From contig VGFS01000006.1 in the NCBI GenBank assembly GCA_016868785.1, positions 7,184-71,183 of the forward strand: a DNA stretch of 64,000 bases. Reading direction: 5' to 3'. Made by a program: the position numbers and the translations under genes. Shown in pieces: positions 36,826 through 47,148 of the stretch; within the stretch, counting starts at the first letter, position 1, and each line of letters opens with the position of its first letter. The DNA is from Bacteroidota bacterium. Its GTDB lineage: Bacteria > Bacteroidota > Bacteroidia > NS11-12g > UBA955. Under the pieces are notes generated by a model. It saw only the letters and a program-made list of their open reading frames with translations, did not search any database and was not told the DNA's origin.

Positions 36826-36912
36826 GTTGCGAAGTTAACATCCAATGGCCAAAGCGATGAAACTGTTGTGAATTTTGCAAAAATTCCGTGGCATTTGGCA
36901 CCAAATTTGGAA

Positions 36913-36920
36913 TACTTTTG
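36913..36920 (+). promoter_or_regulatory. Candidate -7 box (TACTTTTG) abutting the tlpA-like start codon
   Basis: TACTTTTG ends 5 nt before the ATG at 36926. Confidence 0.35.
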
Positions 36921-36925
36921 CCACG

Positions 36926-37429
36926 ATGAAAAAGCACATTACCTCTCTTTTGTTTGCATTGTTGGCTATGACCCCCGCAATCTTCGGTCAAGATGCCAAT
37001 CAAGACGCCCCTTCTGTTCAAGTAAAAGACATCGATAGCGCGCCCATCAACTTCAATACCACCGTTGAAAAAGGCAAAATTACTGTGGTGTCGTTCTGGG
37101 CTACTTGGTGCGGACCTTGCATCAAAGAATTACAAGCCATCGACGAGCTTTATGCCGACTGGCAATCAAAATACAATGTAAAATTGGTCGCTGTGAGCAT
37201 CGACGATGCACGAAACAGCCGCAAAGTAAAACCAAAAGTATTGGCCGAAAACTGGCAATACGAAATCATCCTCGATGAAAACATGGATTTGGCGCGCGCC
37301 ATGAACGTGAACAATCCGCCGATGACCTTCGTGTTCGACAAAAATGGCAAAATGGTTTATTCCCACCAAGGATATACCCCCGGTGCCGAGTCAGAACTCG
37401 AGGCTCACATCGCCGAACTGGCGAAGTGA
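36926..37429 (+). CDS. TlpA-family thiol:disulfide oxidoreductase (thioredoxin fold, exported)
   Basis: Signal peptide MKKHITSLLFALLAMTPAIFGQ and active site WATWCGPC. The track start at 36875 adds 17 non-signal residues, so it is not preferred. Confidence 0.85.
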   Translation: MKKHITSLLFALLAMTPAIFGQDANQDAPSVQVKDIDSAPINFNTTVEKGKITVVSFWATWCGPCIKELQAIDELYADWQSKYNVKLVAVSIDDARNSRKVKPKVLAENWQYEIILDENMDLARAMNVNNPPMTFVFDKNGKMVYSHQGYTPGAESELEAHIAELAK

Positions 37430-37430
37430 T

Positions 37431-38138
37431 TTATCGCATCGGAATTTCAATCAACAATACATCAGACTTCTCCAAAGCCTTGATGTCTAGCTGATCAACC
37501 TCCCAAACACCCAGCGCATCACGCCTTCCAAGGGCTTGTCCGTTGACTTCTACACTGCCTTCAATCACAAACACATAAACCCCTTGGTATTCACCATGCA
37601 GTTCGTAGCCAGCCGTTTCATCGATTTTCATCAAACGACGTACGAAGTAAGCATCCTGTTGCACTTTGATTGAATCTCCGCCTTGGGGTGTAGCCAAAAA
37701 TTGCCACTGACTGTCGCGACCTGCCTCATCAAAAAAGCGCTGATCATAGCTAGGCTTTAAATTGTGCACCCGGGGAAACACCCACAATTGCAACAACTTA
37801 CTCTCCTCGGTGCTGCTCGAGTTTACCTCACTGTGCATGATCCCTGTACCCGCCGTCATGTGCTGAACCTCCCCCGCTTTGATGATGGCCGTATGTCCCA
37901 TAGAATCTTTGTGCTGCAGCTCACCCGATAACATAATGGTTACGATTTCCATGTTGTCGTGAGGATGCATACCAAACCCCATATTGGGGGCAATGATGTC
38001 ATCATTCAACACCCGCAAAGCCCCAAAATGAATTTTTTGAGGGTCATACCAATGGGCAAAACTGAAACTAAATTTAGAATCTAACCACGCCATTTTGTTG
38101 ACGCCGCGCTCCGCTGAAGGGTGAAATTTGAATTTCAT
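37431..38138 (-). CDS. Pirin-family bicupin protein
   Basis: ..FGMHPHDNMEIVTIMLSGELQHKDSMGH.. carries the metal-binding HxH...H...E pattern. 235 aa. Confidence 0.9.
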   Translation of the reverse strand: MKFKFHPSAERGVNKMAWLDSKFSFSFAHWYDPQKIHFGALRVLNDDIIAPNMGFGMHPHDNMEIVTIMLSGELQHKDSMGHTAIIKAGEVQHMTAGTGIMHSEVNSSSTEESKLLQLWVFPRVHNLKPSYDQRFFDEAGRDSQWQFLATPQGGDSIKVQQDAYFVRRLMKIDETAGYELHGEYQGVYVFVIEGSVEVNGQALGRRDALGVWEVDQLDIKALEKSDVLLIEIPMR

Positions 38139-38166
38139 AATAGTTGTTACAACAAATATAGTTCAT

Positions 38167-38688
38167 TTAGGCAAAATCGTCAAGGACTTCTTCCGGACGA
38201 GGGATACGGGCATTGGTATCAATCAAAACGCCATCTACTCCGGCAGCAGCAGCGGCATCCAAATCGCGTTGCTTATCGCCAATGATCAGGCATTGATTGG
38301 GATCCAAATGGAATTGATGCAGCCCTTTTTCCACCATCAAACTACCGGGTTTGCGACACAAGCAACGCCCGTTGTAATCGGGATGATGGGGACAGAAATA
38401 AAAATGGGCAATGGAAAAACCGGCTTGAATGCAAAGCCCTTGAAAATATTGATGCATCGCATGCACTTCGCTTTCGGGGTAAAGCCCTTTCGCCAAGCCC
38501 CCTTGATTGGTCACCACAATGAGAACAAAGCCTGCATCATGCCAACTTTTTAGCGTTTCAACCACCCCAGGCAGCACCTGAAATTCTCCCAGCGATTGGG
38601 TATAATCGCCAGGATCATGATTGATTATGCCATCTCTATCGAGGAATAACGCTTTTCTTCCGCCCGATGATACACCCATTTTTTTCAT
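38167..38688 (-). CDS. gmhB: D-glycero-D-manno-heptose 1,7-bisphosphate phosphatase (HAD-IIIA)
   Basis: LFLDRDGIIN (DxD nucleophile), VTNQGG, the Zn-finger-like FCPHHPDYNGRCLCRKP, and GDKQRD. Confidence 0.85.
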   Translation of the reverse strand: MKKMGVSSGGRKALFLDRDGIINHDPGDYTQSLGEFQVLPGVVETLKSWHDAGFVLIVVTNQGGLAKGLYPESEVHAMHQYFQGLCIQAGFSIAHFYFCPHHPDYNGRCLCRKPGSLMVEKGLHQFHLDPNQCLIIGDKQRDLDAAAAAGVDGVLIDTNARIPRPEEVLDDFA

Positions 38689-38726
38689 TTACTTGCAAAA
38701 TAACTTAATTTCGCTCACCGAAACAC

Positions 38727-39461
38727 ATGTCGAAGTATCTAGTTATCATCCCTACCTACAACGAAATCGAGAACATCGAGAAAATGGTCCATACGGTGAT
38801 GGCGCTGGACAAAGACATTGACCTGTTGGTGGTAGACGATAATTCACCCGATGGCACAGCCGCTCAGGTGGATGCTATGATGTCTCAATACAATCAGCAG
38901 CGTGAGAAATTGCACATCCTTAAGCGCCAAGGCAAAAATGGCTTAGGCACCGCTTACATCGCCGGATTCCATTGGGCTTTGGAGCGAGGATACGAGTACA
39001 TCTGCGAGATGGATTGTGACTTCTCCCACCCTGTAGACCAACTTCCCAACCTCATTGCCAAATGTGAAGCGGGTGCGGATGTTTGTGTAGGTTCACGTTA
39101 TTTTGGCGGCGTGGTGAACGTCGTAAACTGGCCGATGGGTCGGGTTTTGATGAGCTATTACGCCAGTAAATACGTTAAGTTTATTACTGGATTAAACATT
39201 GCCGACACCACTGCGGGCTTTGTTTGTTACAAGCGAAAAGTGCTTGAAACCATCGGCATCGACGATATCAAATTCAGGGGGTATGCCTTTCAAATTGAAA
39301 TGAAATTCCGTTCTTCCTGCAAGGGTTTTCAAATCCAAGAACACCCCATAATTTTCACAGACCGCACTGCGGGCACTTCTAAAATGAGCACAAAAATTTT
39401 CCGCGAGGCACTCTTTGGGGTCATCGAATTGAAAATTAAGCGCATTTTAGGCAGGATTTAA
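38727..39461 (+). CDS. Polyprenol-phosphate glycosyltransferase (GT2, Dpm1/Ppm1-like)
   Basis: LVIIPTYNEIENI.., VVDDNSPDGT.., EMDCDFSHP (DxD region). 244 aa, soluble GT-A. Confidence 0.85.
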   Translation: MSKYLVIIPTYNEIENIEKMVHTVMALDKDIDLLVVDDNSPDGTAAQVDAMMSQYNQQREKLHILKRQGKNGLGTAYIAGFHWALERGYEYICEMDCDFSHPVDQLPNLIAKCEAGADVCVGSRYFGGVVNVVNWPMGRVLMSYYASKYVKFITGLNIADTTAGFVCYKRKVLETIGIDDIKFRGYAFQIEMKFRSSCKGFQIQEHPIIFTDRTAGTSKMSTKIFREALFGVIELKIKRILGRI

Positions 39462-39471
39462 TTCGGGCGTC

Positions 39472-41058
39472 ATGGTGAGCAATCCCATTCGCTTCCCCTT
39501 TTTCCAACACATTGCGGTCCATGTTTCGGCCATTTTTTTCATTGCCCTGGGAATCCACCTCATAGGGATCGACACACTGAGTCTTACGTCAGACGAGTGT
39601 TTCAGCATTTACCATGCTCAAATGTCGCCCAGCCTCATTCTCCACCACCTTTCTACTGGCAACAACCCGCCATTATACGAATGGATTTTGCATGATTGGA
39701 TGGGTTGGTTTGGCGACAGTGCTTTGGCTGTTAGATGGCTTTCGGCGATCTTCAGCAGCATTACGACTGCCCTCATGTACATTTTGGGCACACAAATTTC
39801 TGCACAGGGCAATCTTCCTCAGCAAAAATCGGGAAATGCGCGCATCGGGTTATTGGCGGCGTTGCTCTTTTTATCAAGCAATTACACCACCTTTTTGGCG
39901 CATGAGGCCAGAACGTACAACCTCACTTTGCTGTTGGGGGTTGCGTGTACGATGCTTTTTTTAAGGGCGATACAAAAGCCACAAAATTCAACGTGGATTG
40001 CTTATGGTTTTGTGGGCGGGATCCTCTGTCTTTCCCATTTTTTTGGCGCCTGGATTTTAATGGCTCACATGGGTTATTGGTTGTGGACCGCCCATGAAAA
40101 GCGATGGGTCATGAAATCCTTGCTTTGGGTTGGTCTGGGGTTTGGTATTTCATTTGGTTGGTACATCCCAAATTTATGGCATCGGTTTGTTGATAGCGCG
40201 TCCCAGGGCACCTGGGTAAACCCAGCGCCCTGGGACGCCCCCTATTTAACCCTGTGGAAATACCTCAATACGCCTGCCGCCACAATCATTGCCATAATTT
40301 TGCTGGTATACGCAGTTGTAAAGGTTGTCGCTCAACCCACACGCACCAACAATGCTGATGTCCAAAAACAACACGCGCAACTCCTACTATGGCTTTTTGC
40401 ACTGCCCTTTTTCGGACAGTGGCTGCTGAGTTTGGACCATCCCTTTTCCATTCCCATGTTTACGGAGCGATACGCCTGCATCACACTGCCCTTTTTGTGC
40501 TTGATTTTGGCGATGGCCCTGAATGGGTTGAGAGAACATTTCAAGCAGTGGTTATACTATGTTGTACTCCCTATTTTTTTATTTACAATACTCTCGGGAA
40601 AGAATTTCACCCCGCCCAATGAAGCTTGCATGAAAGAGGCGCTTCAAAAAACCGCCAAGGAATTGGAGAAATCCTCAATAGAAACAACACCCATCATCAT
40701 AGAACCTTATCATGCTGCTTTTCAAGTGTTGTATTATGCCGATCACAAACGTTTTCAACAATATCACCCTGAGAACATTTACAACCACCTCGCCAACCAA
40801 CTATCGCACAGCAACATCTGGATTTTAAAAACCGACAAATCCCTGGATAGCCTTGGCTTATCACAAAAAAAATCGTTGGTATACCTGCACTTTGGCAAAG
40901 AAAAATCCAACCACACAAAAAGGATTGAATCGCAATTGATGGCACTGACGAATCCAGGCGGCAAATCACGGATAGAGCACATTCAACTACCCGAATTACT
41001 GTGGGGCACCTTCGAAATCAGCCATGAAGCCGAATTTTGGCTCATTGAAAAAAATTAA
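39472..41058 (+). CDS. GT-C glycosyltransferase, family 39 / ArnT-PMT-like
   Basis: First periplasmic loop motif LTSDECFSIYHAQ and NNPPLYEW, about 11 TM helices, then a C-terminal soluble domain. It starts 10 nt after the GT2 gene. Confidence 0.7.
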   Translation: MVSNPIRFPFFQHIAVHVSAIFFIALGIHLIGIDTLSLTSDECFSIYHAQMSPSLILHHLSTGNNPPLYEWILHDWMGWFGDSALAVRWLSAIFSSITTALMYILGTQISAQGNLPQQKSGNARIGLLAALLFLSSNYTTFLAHEARTYNLTLLLGVACTMLFLRAIQKPQNSTWIAYGFVGGILCLSHFFGAWILMAHMGYWLWTAHEKRWVMKSLLWVGLGFGISFGWYIPNLWHRFVDSASQGTWVNPAPWDAPYLTLWKYLNTPAATIIAIILLVYAVVKVVAQPTRTNNADVQKQHAQLLLWLFALPFFGQWLLSLDHPFSIPMFTERYACITLPFLCLILAMALNGLREHFKQWLYYVVLPIFLFTILSGKNFTPPNEACMKEALQKTAKELEKSSIETTPIIIEPYHAAFQVLYYADHKRFQQYHPENIYNHLANQLSHSNIWILKTDKSLDSLGLSQKKSLVYLHFGKEKSNHTKRIESQLMALTNPGGKSRIEHIQLPELLWGTFEISHEAEFWLIEKN

Positions 41059-41061
41059 ACC

Positions 41062-41069
41062 TATATTTG
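41062..41069 (+). promoter_or_regulatory. Candidate -7 box (TATATTTG) for corA
   Basis: TATATTTG, 48 nt upstream of the ATG at 41118. Confidence 0.35.
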
Positions 41070-41117
41070 CACCACTTTTCCAAATGGAAGGCGAACCCCG
41101 AAGTATAACCCAATCCA

Positions 41118-42068
41118 ATGATGCGCGTCTACTATCAGCGTCAAAATCGTGTGCAGAAAGTGCAAACGTTGTCTCAGTTAGAGACATTGGATGGATTGGT
41201 ATGGATTGACCTTCAAAATCCTTCAGCGGCTGAAATCGCCGATGTAGAAGCAAACTTCGAATTCAAGTTCCAGTCGCGGCAACAACAGTTAGAGATTGAG
41301 AGTTCATCTCGATATTTCGAAACCGATGATGAGATTATTGCCAACAGCAACTTCCTACACTTCGACCAAAAATCAGGCTTATTCCATTCCAATGCGGTGT
41401 CGTTCATTTTGCAAGACGACATCCTCTTTACCTACCGCGATGCCGATTTGAGTGCATTTTCAGACTGCGTAAAGAAAATTAAAGCTACAGGACGGCTGTT
41501 CCACACGGGAAAACAGATCATGGCTACCTTACTCGAGATGGGCGTAGATAACGACGCTGATTTGCTCGAGGGATTGGCCAAGCAAGTGGCTGGATTATCA
41601 AAAGAGTTATCGCTCACCCAAAACCCCAACGAAACCATCATTCTGGAAATCAACCGGATGCAAGAATTGACGATGGAATTGCGACAGAATGCTGTCGATA
41701 AGCAACGCGTACTCAGTGCCATTTTGAAAAGTCGGGAGTTTGAGGGCGATGATTACGAGCGATTGCGGATTGTGATTAAGGATATCAACTCACTGATCGA
41801 CCATACCAATTTCAATTTCGAGCGATTGGAATATTTGCAGAATACGTTTTTGGGTTTGATCAACATTGAGCAGAACAAAATCATCAAGATTTTTACGGTG
41901 GCTTCAGTGATTTTCATGCCACCCACTCTCATTGCCAGTATTTATGGCATGAACTTCGAATTCATCGATGCTTTCAAATGGAAATACGGCTTTGCTTTCA
42001 GCATTGGCCTAATGGTACTGTCATCGCTCAGCACCTTGTATTTCTTCCGCCGCCGCAAGTGGTTGTAA
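41118..42068 (+). CDS. corA: CorA-family magnesium/cobalt transporter
   Basis: Signature YGMNFE between two C-terminal TM helices. 316 aa. Confidence 0.85.
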   Translation: MMRVYYQRQNRVQKVQTLSQLETLDGLVWIDLQNPSAAEIADVEANFEFKFQSRQQQLEIESSSRYFETDDEIIANSNFLHFDQKSGLFHSNAVSFILQDDILFTYRDADLSAFSDCVKKIKATGRLFHTGKQIMATLLEMGVDNDADLLEGLAKQVAGLSKELSLTQNPNETIILEINRMQELTMELRQNAVDKQRVLSAILKSREFEGDDYERLRIVIKDINSLIDHTNFNFERLEYLQNTFLGLINIEQNKIIKIFTVASVIFMPPTLIASIYGMNFEFIDAFKWKYGFAFSIGLMVLSSLSTLYFFRRRKWL

Positions 42069-42099
42069 AACCAAACCTCAGTTGGGTTGTTTACTCACC

Positions 42100-42600
42100 A
42101 TGCTACAAAACCTGTCGCGGCGCGTCCTACTGTGTACCCTGCTGATCTTTGTATCAGCAACAACACCGCAGGATTGGATAGTTATTCGTACCTTGTATCG
42201 ACAAGCGTTGACCAGCGAAATGGGGATTTTACCACTGGAAACCAAAACCAAGACGCATGCTGGCAGCGACGCACTCGCCAAGGCCTATTACGGCACGGCC
42301 CTCGCCCTCCGGGCTCGGGCCTCCATCTCCCCTACCAGCAAACTCTCCCTGGCCAGCCAAGCCCAACAACAACTCAATGCCGCCGTCATCCTCCAACCCA
42401 AAAATTTAGAAATACGCTTCCTCCGCTACTCCTTTGAGTATGGCACCCCCTCACTCATTAACATGAAAAAAAATATGGCGGTCGACAAACCCCTGGCCCT
42501 TCAATTCGCCAAAAACCCATCGCCCATCAAAGACATCGCCATCGCGTTTTTTACCGGTTGCGACCAACTAAGCGAAGCCGAAAAATCAGCCCTGCGCTAA
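42100..42600 (+). CDS. Hypothetical exported helical protein
   Basis: The start MLQNLSRRVLLCTLLIFVSA looks like a signal or anchor; the rest is Ala/Leu-rich and helical. No family recognised. Confidence 0.5.
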   Translation: MLQNLSRRVLLCTLLIFVSATTPQDWIVIRTLYRQALTSEMGILPLETKTKTHAGSDALAKAYYGTALALRARASISPTSKLSLASQAQQQLNAAVILQPKNLEIRFLRYSFEYGTPSLINMKKNMAVDKPLALQFAKNPSPIKDIAIAFFTGCDQLSEAEKSALR

Positions 42601-42616
42601 TTCAACAGCACCCCCA

Positions 42617-43807
42617 TCAACCCTCTATCGCAGCAATCCCCGGCAACACCTTGCCCTCAAAATATTCCAACAAAGCCCCGCCGCCCGTGCTCACATAACT
42701 GACCTTGTCGTCGAACCCGAACTGATACACCGCCGCTGCACTGTCGCCACCACCAATCAAACTAAAAGCCCCAGCCACCGTGGCGTCCGCCACCGACTGA
42801 GCCACCGTCTTGGTGCCGCGCTCAAAAGCAGGCATTTCAAACACGCCCATCGGACCGTTCCACAAAATGGTCTTGCTGTCCAACAACACCTCCCTGAAAG
42901 TCCCACAAGCCTTCTCCCCGATATCCAACCCCATCCAACCGCTTGGAATCTGATCGCTCGCAAAATTCTGGGTGTTGGCATCCGCAGCAAACTTATCGGC
43001 AATGGTAGAATCTACGGGCAAATGAATTTTCACCCCCTTGGCTTCCGCCTTCTTCAAAATCTCTACACAAGTCTCTAACCGATCTGCCTCACACAAACTG
43101 TTGCCGATCTCTCCGCCCTGTGCCTTGTAAAACGTGTAAGCCATACCCCCACCAATGATGATGTGATCGGCCGTGTTCAACAAATTCTCTACGATCAAAA
43201 TCTTATCGCTCACCTTCGCACCACCTACAATCGCGGCAAACGGACGTTGGGGCGCCTTCATCACCTGATTGGCATTGGCGACTTCCTTGGCCATCAAAAA
43301 CCCGAAAGCCTTCCTCCCAGCGAAGAAATCAGCAATAATCGCTGTGCTTGCATGCGCCCGGTGAGCCGTACCAAAAGCATCGTTCACATAAAAGGTTCCC
43401 AAGGCCGCCAACTTTGCCGCAAAATCGCGATCACCCTTCTCTTCCTCCTTGTAAAAACGCAAATTCTCTAACAACAACACCTCTCCATCTTGCAAACTGC
43501 TCGACAAATGGGCCGCGTCCTCCCCAATGCAATCCGAGGCGAAACGCACATTGCTGCCCAACAGCTCAGACAAATGGGTAACCAAGTGTTTCAAAGAGTA
43601 TTTTTCGGTTGGACCTTCTTTCGGACGGCCCAAGTGGCTCATCAAAATCACCGAACCCCCATCGCCCAGAATCTTCTTGATGGTTGGCAAAGCCGCCGTC
43701 ATCCGAGAATCATCGGTAATCTTGTACTCGGCATCCAAAGGCACGTTAAAATCCACGCGGACCAACACGCGCTCTCCGGCAAAATCAATCGTCTCAACAG
43801 TATTCAT
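42617..43807 (-). CDS. pgk: Phosphoglycerate kinase
   Basis: ..[13 protein letters not shown].., ..[12 protein letters not shown].., ..[18 protein letters not shown].. Confidence 0.97.
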   Translation of the reverse strand: MNTVETIDFAGERVLVRVDFNVPLDAEYKITDDSRMTAALPTIKKILGDGGSVILMSHLGRPKEGPTEKYSLKHLVTHLSELLGSNVRFASDCIGEDAAHLSSSLQDGEVLLLENLRFYKEEEKGDRDFAAKLAALGTFYVNDAFGTAHRAHASTAIIADFFAGRKAFGFLMAKEVANANQVMKAPQRPFAAIVGGAKVSDKILIVENLLNTADHIIIGGGMAYTFYKAQGGEIGNSLCEADRLETCVEILKKAEAKGVKIHLPVDSTIADKFAADANTQNFASDQIPSGWMGLDIGEKACGTFREVLLDSKTILWNGPMGVFEMPAFERGTKTVAQSVADATVAGAFSLIGGGDSAAAVYQFGFDDKVSYVSTGGGALLEYFEGKVLPGIAAIEG

Positions 43808-43827
43808 GGTTTGATAGGTTTATTCGT

Positions 43828-45366
43828 TTATAACAATTTCTTTAATAAGGCACTCATCGATACTTCCGATTGTAGCAAAGCCCCCAAATCGGCAATTTGC
43901 ACCCGTTTTTGCTCCATGGTGTCGCGGTAACGCACCGTTACATCCTGGTTGGCCAAACTGTCGTGATCCACCGTAATACAGAAAGGCGTACCGATGGCAT
44001 CCATTCTCCTGTAACGCTTTCCGATGCTGTCTTTGTCTTCGATGTATACGTTGTAATCGATGCGCAATTCATTGTAAATCTGCTCCGCCAATTCTGGCAA
44101 CCCATCCTTTTTCACCAAAGGCAAAATGGCCGCTTTTACCGGCGCGATGGCAGGGTGCAACTTCAACACTGTGCGGGTATCGCCATCTACCGACTCCTCA
44201 GCAAATGCCTCACACAAGGTAAGCAAGAACAATCGATCCAACCCAATGGATGTCTCCACCACATAGGGCACGAAACTCTCGTTGGATTCAGGGTCAAAGT
44301 AGCGCAATTTCTTGCCACTAAACTCTTCGTGTTTGCCCAAATCAAAATCGGTGCGTGAGTGAATGCCTTCCACTTCTTTGAAGCCAAACGGAAAATCGTA
44401 TTCAATGTCTACCGCAGCATTGGCATAGTGCGCCAACTTCACGTGATCATGGTAACGATATTTGGCATCGGGCGTTCCCAAGGCCTTATGCCATTTCAGG
44501 CGCTGCGCTTTCCAAAACGCATAAAATTCCAATTCGGTTCCGGGCTTCACGAAAAACTGCATCTCCATCTGCTCAAACTCCTTCATCCGCATGATGAACT
44601 GCCGGGCCACAATTTCATTTCTGAAGGCTTTTCCCGTTTGTGCGATACCAAAAGGCAACTTCATCCTGCCCGTTTTCTGCACATTCAAGAAGTTCACAAA
44701 AATACCCTGGGCGGTTTCCGGACGCAGATACAAGCTGTCTTCCCCATTGTCGGTGGCGCTCATTTGTGTGCTGTACATCAAGTTAAACTGACGCACATCG
44801 GTCCAATTGTGCGATCCACTGATTGGACAAACAATCCCTTCCGCGTCAATCAAGTCTTTGATCATCGCCAGATTTCCGGTTTCCAAACCTTCTTTCAACA
44901 CAGCATCGATGCGGTCAATCTGCGCTTGGTATTCCATTACCCTGGGGTTGGTGGTTCGATACATCACCGCGTCAAAAGTCTCACCAAATCGCTTGGCAGC
45001 TTTGTCGATTTCCTTGTCGATCTTCTGTCGGATTTTCTCCTGATGATCCTCCAACAGCACGTCGGCCCGATAGCGCTTATTGCTATCTTTGTTATCAATC
45101 ATCGGATCGCTGAACCCGTCTACGTGACCGCTGGCTTTCCACACTTTGGGATGCATAAAGATTGCTGCATCAATCCCCACAATGTTTTGATTGAGCTGGG
45201 TCATGGATTTCCACCAGTACTGACGCAAATTGTTGCGCAATTCAACGCCATTTTGGCCGTAATCGTACACAGCGGTTAATCCACCATAAATGTCACTGGA
45301 AGGAAATACGAACCCGTATTCTTTGCAATGGGAAATGACTTTTTCGAAAATCTCAGCGTTACTCAT
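43828..45366 (-). CDS. glyQS: Glycine--tRNA ligase (dimeric class II, GlyQS type)
   Basis: ..GFVFPSSDIYGGL..YDYGQNGVELRNN.., ..RPETAQGIFVNF.., ..VVETSIGLDR.. 512 aa. Confidence 0.95.
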   Translation of the reverse strand: MSNAEIFEKVISHCKEYGFVFPSSDIYGGLTAVYDYGQNGVELRNNLRQYWWKSMTQLNQNIVGIDAAIFMHPKVWKASGHVDGFSDPMIDNKDSNKRYRADVLLEDHQEKIRQKIDKEIDKAAKRFGETFDAVMYRTTNPRVMEYQAQIDRIDAVLKEGLETGNLAMIKDLIDAEGIVCPISGSHNWTDVRQFNLMYSTQMSATDNGEDSLYLRPETAQGIFVNFLNVQKTGRMKLPFGIAQTGKAFRNEIVARQFIMRMKEFEQMEMQFFVKPGTELEFYAFWKAQRLKWHKALGTPDAKYRYHDHVKLAHYANAAVDIEYDFPFGFKEVEGIHSRTDFDLGKHEEFSGKKLRYFDPESNESFVPYVVETSIGLDRLFLLTLCEAFAEESVDGDTRTVLKLHPAIAPVKAAILPLVKKDGLPELAEQIYNELRIDYNVYIEDKDSIGKRYRRMDAIGTPFCITVDHDSLANQDVTVRYRDTMEQKRVQIADLGALLQSEVSMSALLKKLL

Positions 45367-45387
45367 CCTTCCCGCAAAGATAGGACA

Positions 45388-45924
45388 TCAGAATTGGTTC
45401 TTCCACATCATACTTTCGACCGGGTGGTTGGGCTGGCCTGAGTATTTTGCGTTTTTCTTGGCGTTGTAGGGCACAAGAATCTCTCCGTCTACAGGGAAGT
45501 AGATCAACTGTCCGATCGGCATCCCGGCATACACCCTCACGGGCTTTTTCACGGAGATTTCTAAGGTCCAGTTGCCACAGAAGCCCACATCGCCTTTACC
45601 GGCGGTGGCGTGGATATCGATCCCCAACCTACCGGTACTGCTTTTGCCTTCCAAAAACGGCACATGGGCATGGGTTTCGGTATATTCAAGGGTCACACCC
45701 AAATAAAACTGATCGGGCATCAACACATAACCTTCCTCAGGGATATCAAAATGGGCGATGGTATTGTGTTTTTTGGCATCCAATTCTGCGTCTACGTATA
45801 GCGCCAAATGCTGGCCCAAATGCACATCATAACTATTGCTGCCCAAGCAATTGCGGTCGTAAGGTTCAATTTTGATTGTCCCATTTTCCATCTCATCGAG
45901 GATGCGTTGATCAGATAATATCAT
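45388..45924 (-). CDS. dcd: dCTP deaminase
   Basis: MILSDQRILDEM..IEPYD...GSNSYDVHLG.. 178 aa. Confidence 0.95.
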   Translation of the reverse strand: MILSDQRILDEMENGTIKIEPYDRNCLGSNSYDVHLGQHLALYVDAELDAKKHNTIAHFDIPEEGYVLMPDQFYLGVTLEYTETHAHVPFLEGKSSTGRLGIDIHATAGKGDVGFCGNWTLEISVKKPVRVYAGMPIGQLIYFPVDGEILVPYNAKKNAKYSGQPNHPVESMMWKNQF

Positions 45925-45934
45925 AATAGAAAGG

Positions 45935-45942
45935 CAAATATA
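45935..45942 (-). promoter_or_regulatory. Candidate -7 box (TATATTTG) for dcd-glyQS-pgk
   Basis: Minus-strand TATATTTG, 10 nt upstream of the ATG at 45924. Confidence 0.35.
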
Positions 45943-46019
45943 AATAATTGCTGCGGTGAATTTTCATCTGTGGCGATCGACCTCCTCGCATCGAAACAAT
46001 CCAGCGGCAGAATAAATAT

Positions 46020-47024
46020 TTAGCGACTCACATCGTTCATGTCACCAATTTTCTTCACATAGGTAAACGACGGAATGAACAGGAAGATGTTTTTAGGTCC
46101 GATGGTCAAATCCTGTGGAACATAGGTCATTTGCGCGGTGGCATTGTCCCACACCGGCAATGTGGCGGAATAATCAAATCGATCGCCGTGTTCCCAGTAG
46201 CTCGACACACCAAACGACCAGGCGGTGGTGCGTTGTTTGTGCCCGATAATCCGAAACTGAACCGAGGTAAACAGGGTGCTGCGTTTGAGCATGGCATCCA
46301 CGGGGACGGTTTCGGGGGCATAGGTCATTTTTACATCGTCGTATTTCCAGTTATCGTAGCTTGAAACAAACCGTCGATTGCGGTTATTGAACCAGGCTTC
46401 GCCCACAAAATAAAAATTGCGGGTGATGCTATACATGCCGGAGACATTGGTAACGGCAAGGCTTCCATCGGCTTCACTGGAGCGGAGCATTCCAAGTCCG
46501 AGACTCACATTATTTTGTGGACTTCCCAAGGTATACATCCCGTAAAAGGTATTGAGCCACATCATGTTATCGGCTCCGGTGAATACGCTAAATCCGGCGA
46601 TATCTCCCACGGCCAAGGTATGATTTTTACGCAGGGGTATGGAATATTTGGGGGTAAGGTACATGAACAGGGGGAATGCGTAGCCGATGCCCACACCCAG
46701 CTGATCGGTAATCCCCATTTGGACATCATTGAGCAGCACATCATAGTTTTGATAATAGAAGGCGCCTTTATTGATGGGGTAAGCAGACGGGGCGAAAATG
46801 TAGCGAGAGGCGTGATGATTCACTTGGGCGAGGGAGTCTTCACGGGAAAGGACTTTTTTCGGAATCGTAGGCAGGGGTGGCAATTGGAGATTTTTCTTGC
46901 GTTTGGCGGTGTCAGTGGTGGTCACTGCGGGCTCATCATTATCGGGGGTAGCCTGAATTTGTGCCATCAGGTTGTTGCTGCTTGCCAAAAGTAGCAGGGC
47001 GAAAATCCAACGAAGCGTTTTCAT
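46020..47024 (-). CDS. Hypothetical exported protein, probably outer-membrane beta-rich
   Basis: Signal peptide MKTLRWIFALLLLASSNNLMAQ, Gly/aromatic-rich alternating segments, and a C-terminal aromatic-rich end. No family recognised. Confidence 0.55.
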   Translation of the reverse strand: MKTLRWIFALLLLASSNNLMAQIQATPDNDEPAVTTTDTAKRKKNLQLPPLPTIPKKVLSREDSLAQVNHHASRYIFAPSAYPINKGAFYYQNYDVLLNDVQMGITDQLGVGIGYAFPLFMYLTPKYSIPLRKNHTLAVGDIAGFSVFTGADNMMWLNTFYGMYTLGSPQNNVSLGLGMLRSSEADGSLAVTNVSGMYSITRNFYFVGEAWFNNRNRRFVSSYDNWKYDDVKMTYAPETVPVDAMLKRSTLFTSVQFRIIGHKQRTTAWSFGVSSYWEHGDRFDYSATLPVWDNATAQMTYVPQDLTIGPKNIFLFIPSFTYVKKIGDMNDVSR

Positions 47025-47148
47025 GATAGTAAAGATTGGTTAGGGTAAAATTACGGGTGGCTACGGTGCGAAAATAGGACAATTGTCATGGTTAGACAGG
47101 ACATTCCTTAGGGAGATGTTCCACAGGTTGGGTGGTGAGTCCAAATTA

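Noticed and set aside
44359-45279. 306-aa ORF on the plus strand.
   Set aside because: It is entirely antisense to the well-supported glyQS gene. Its composition (His/Phe/Leu/Arg-rich, no motifs) is typical of shadow ORFs.
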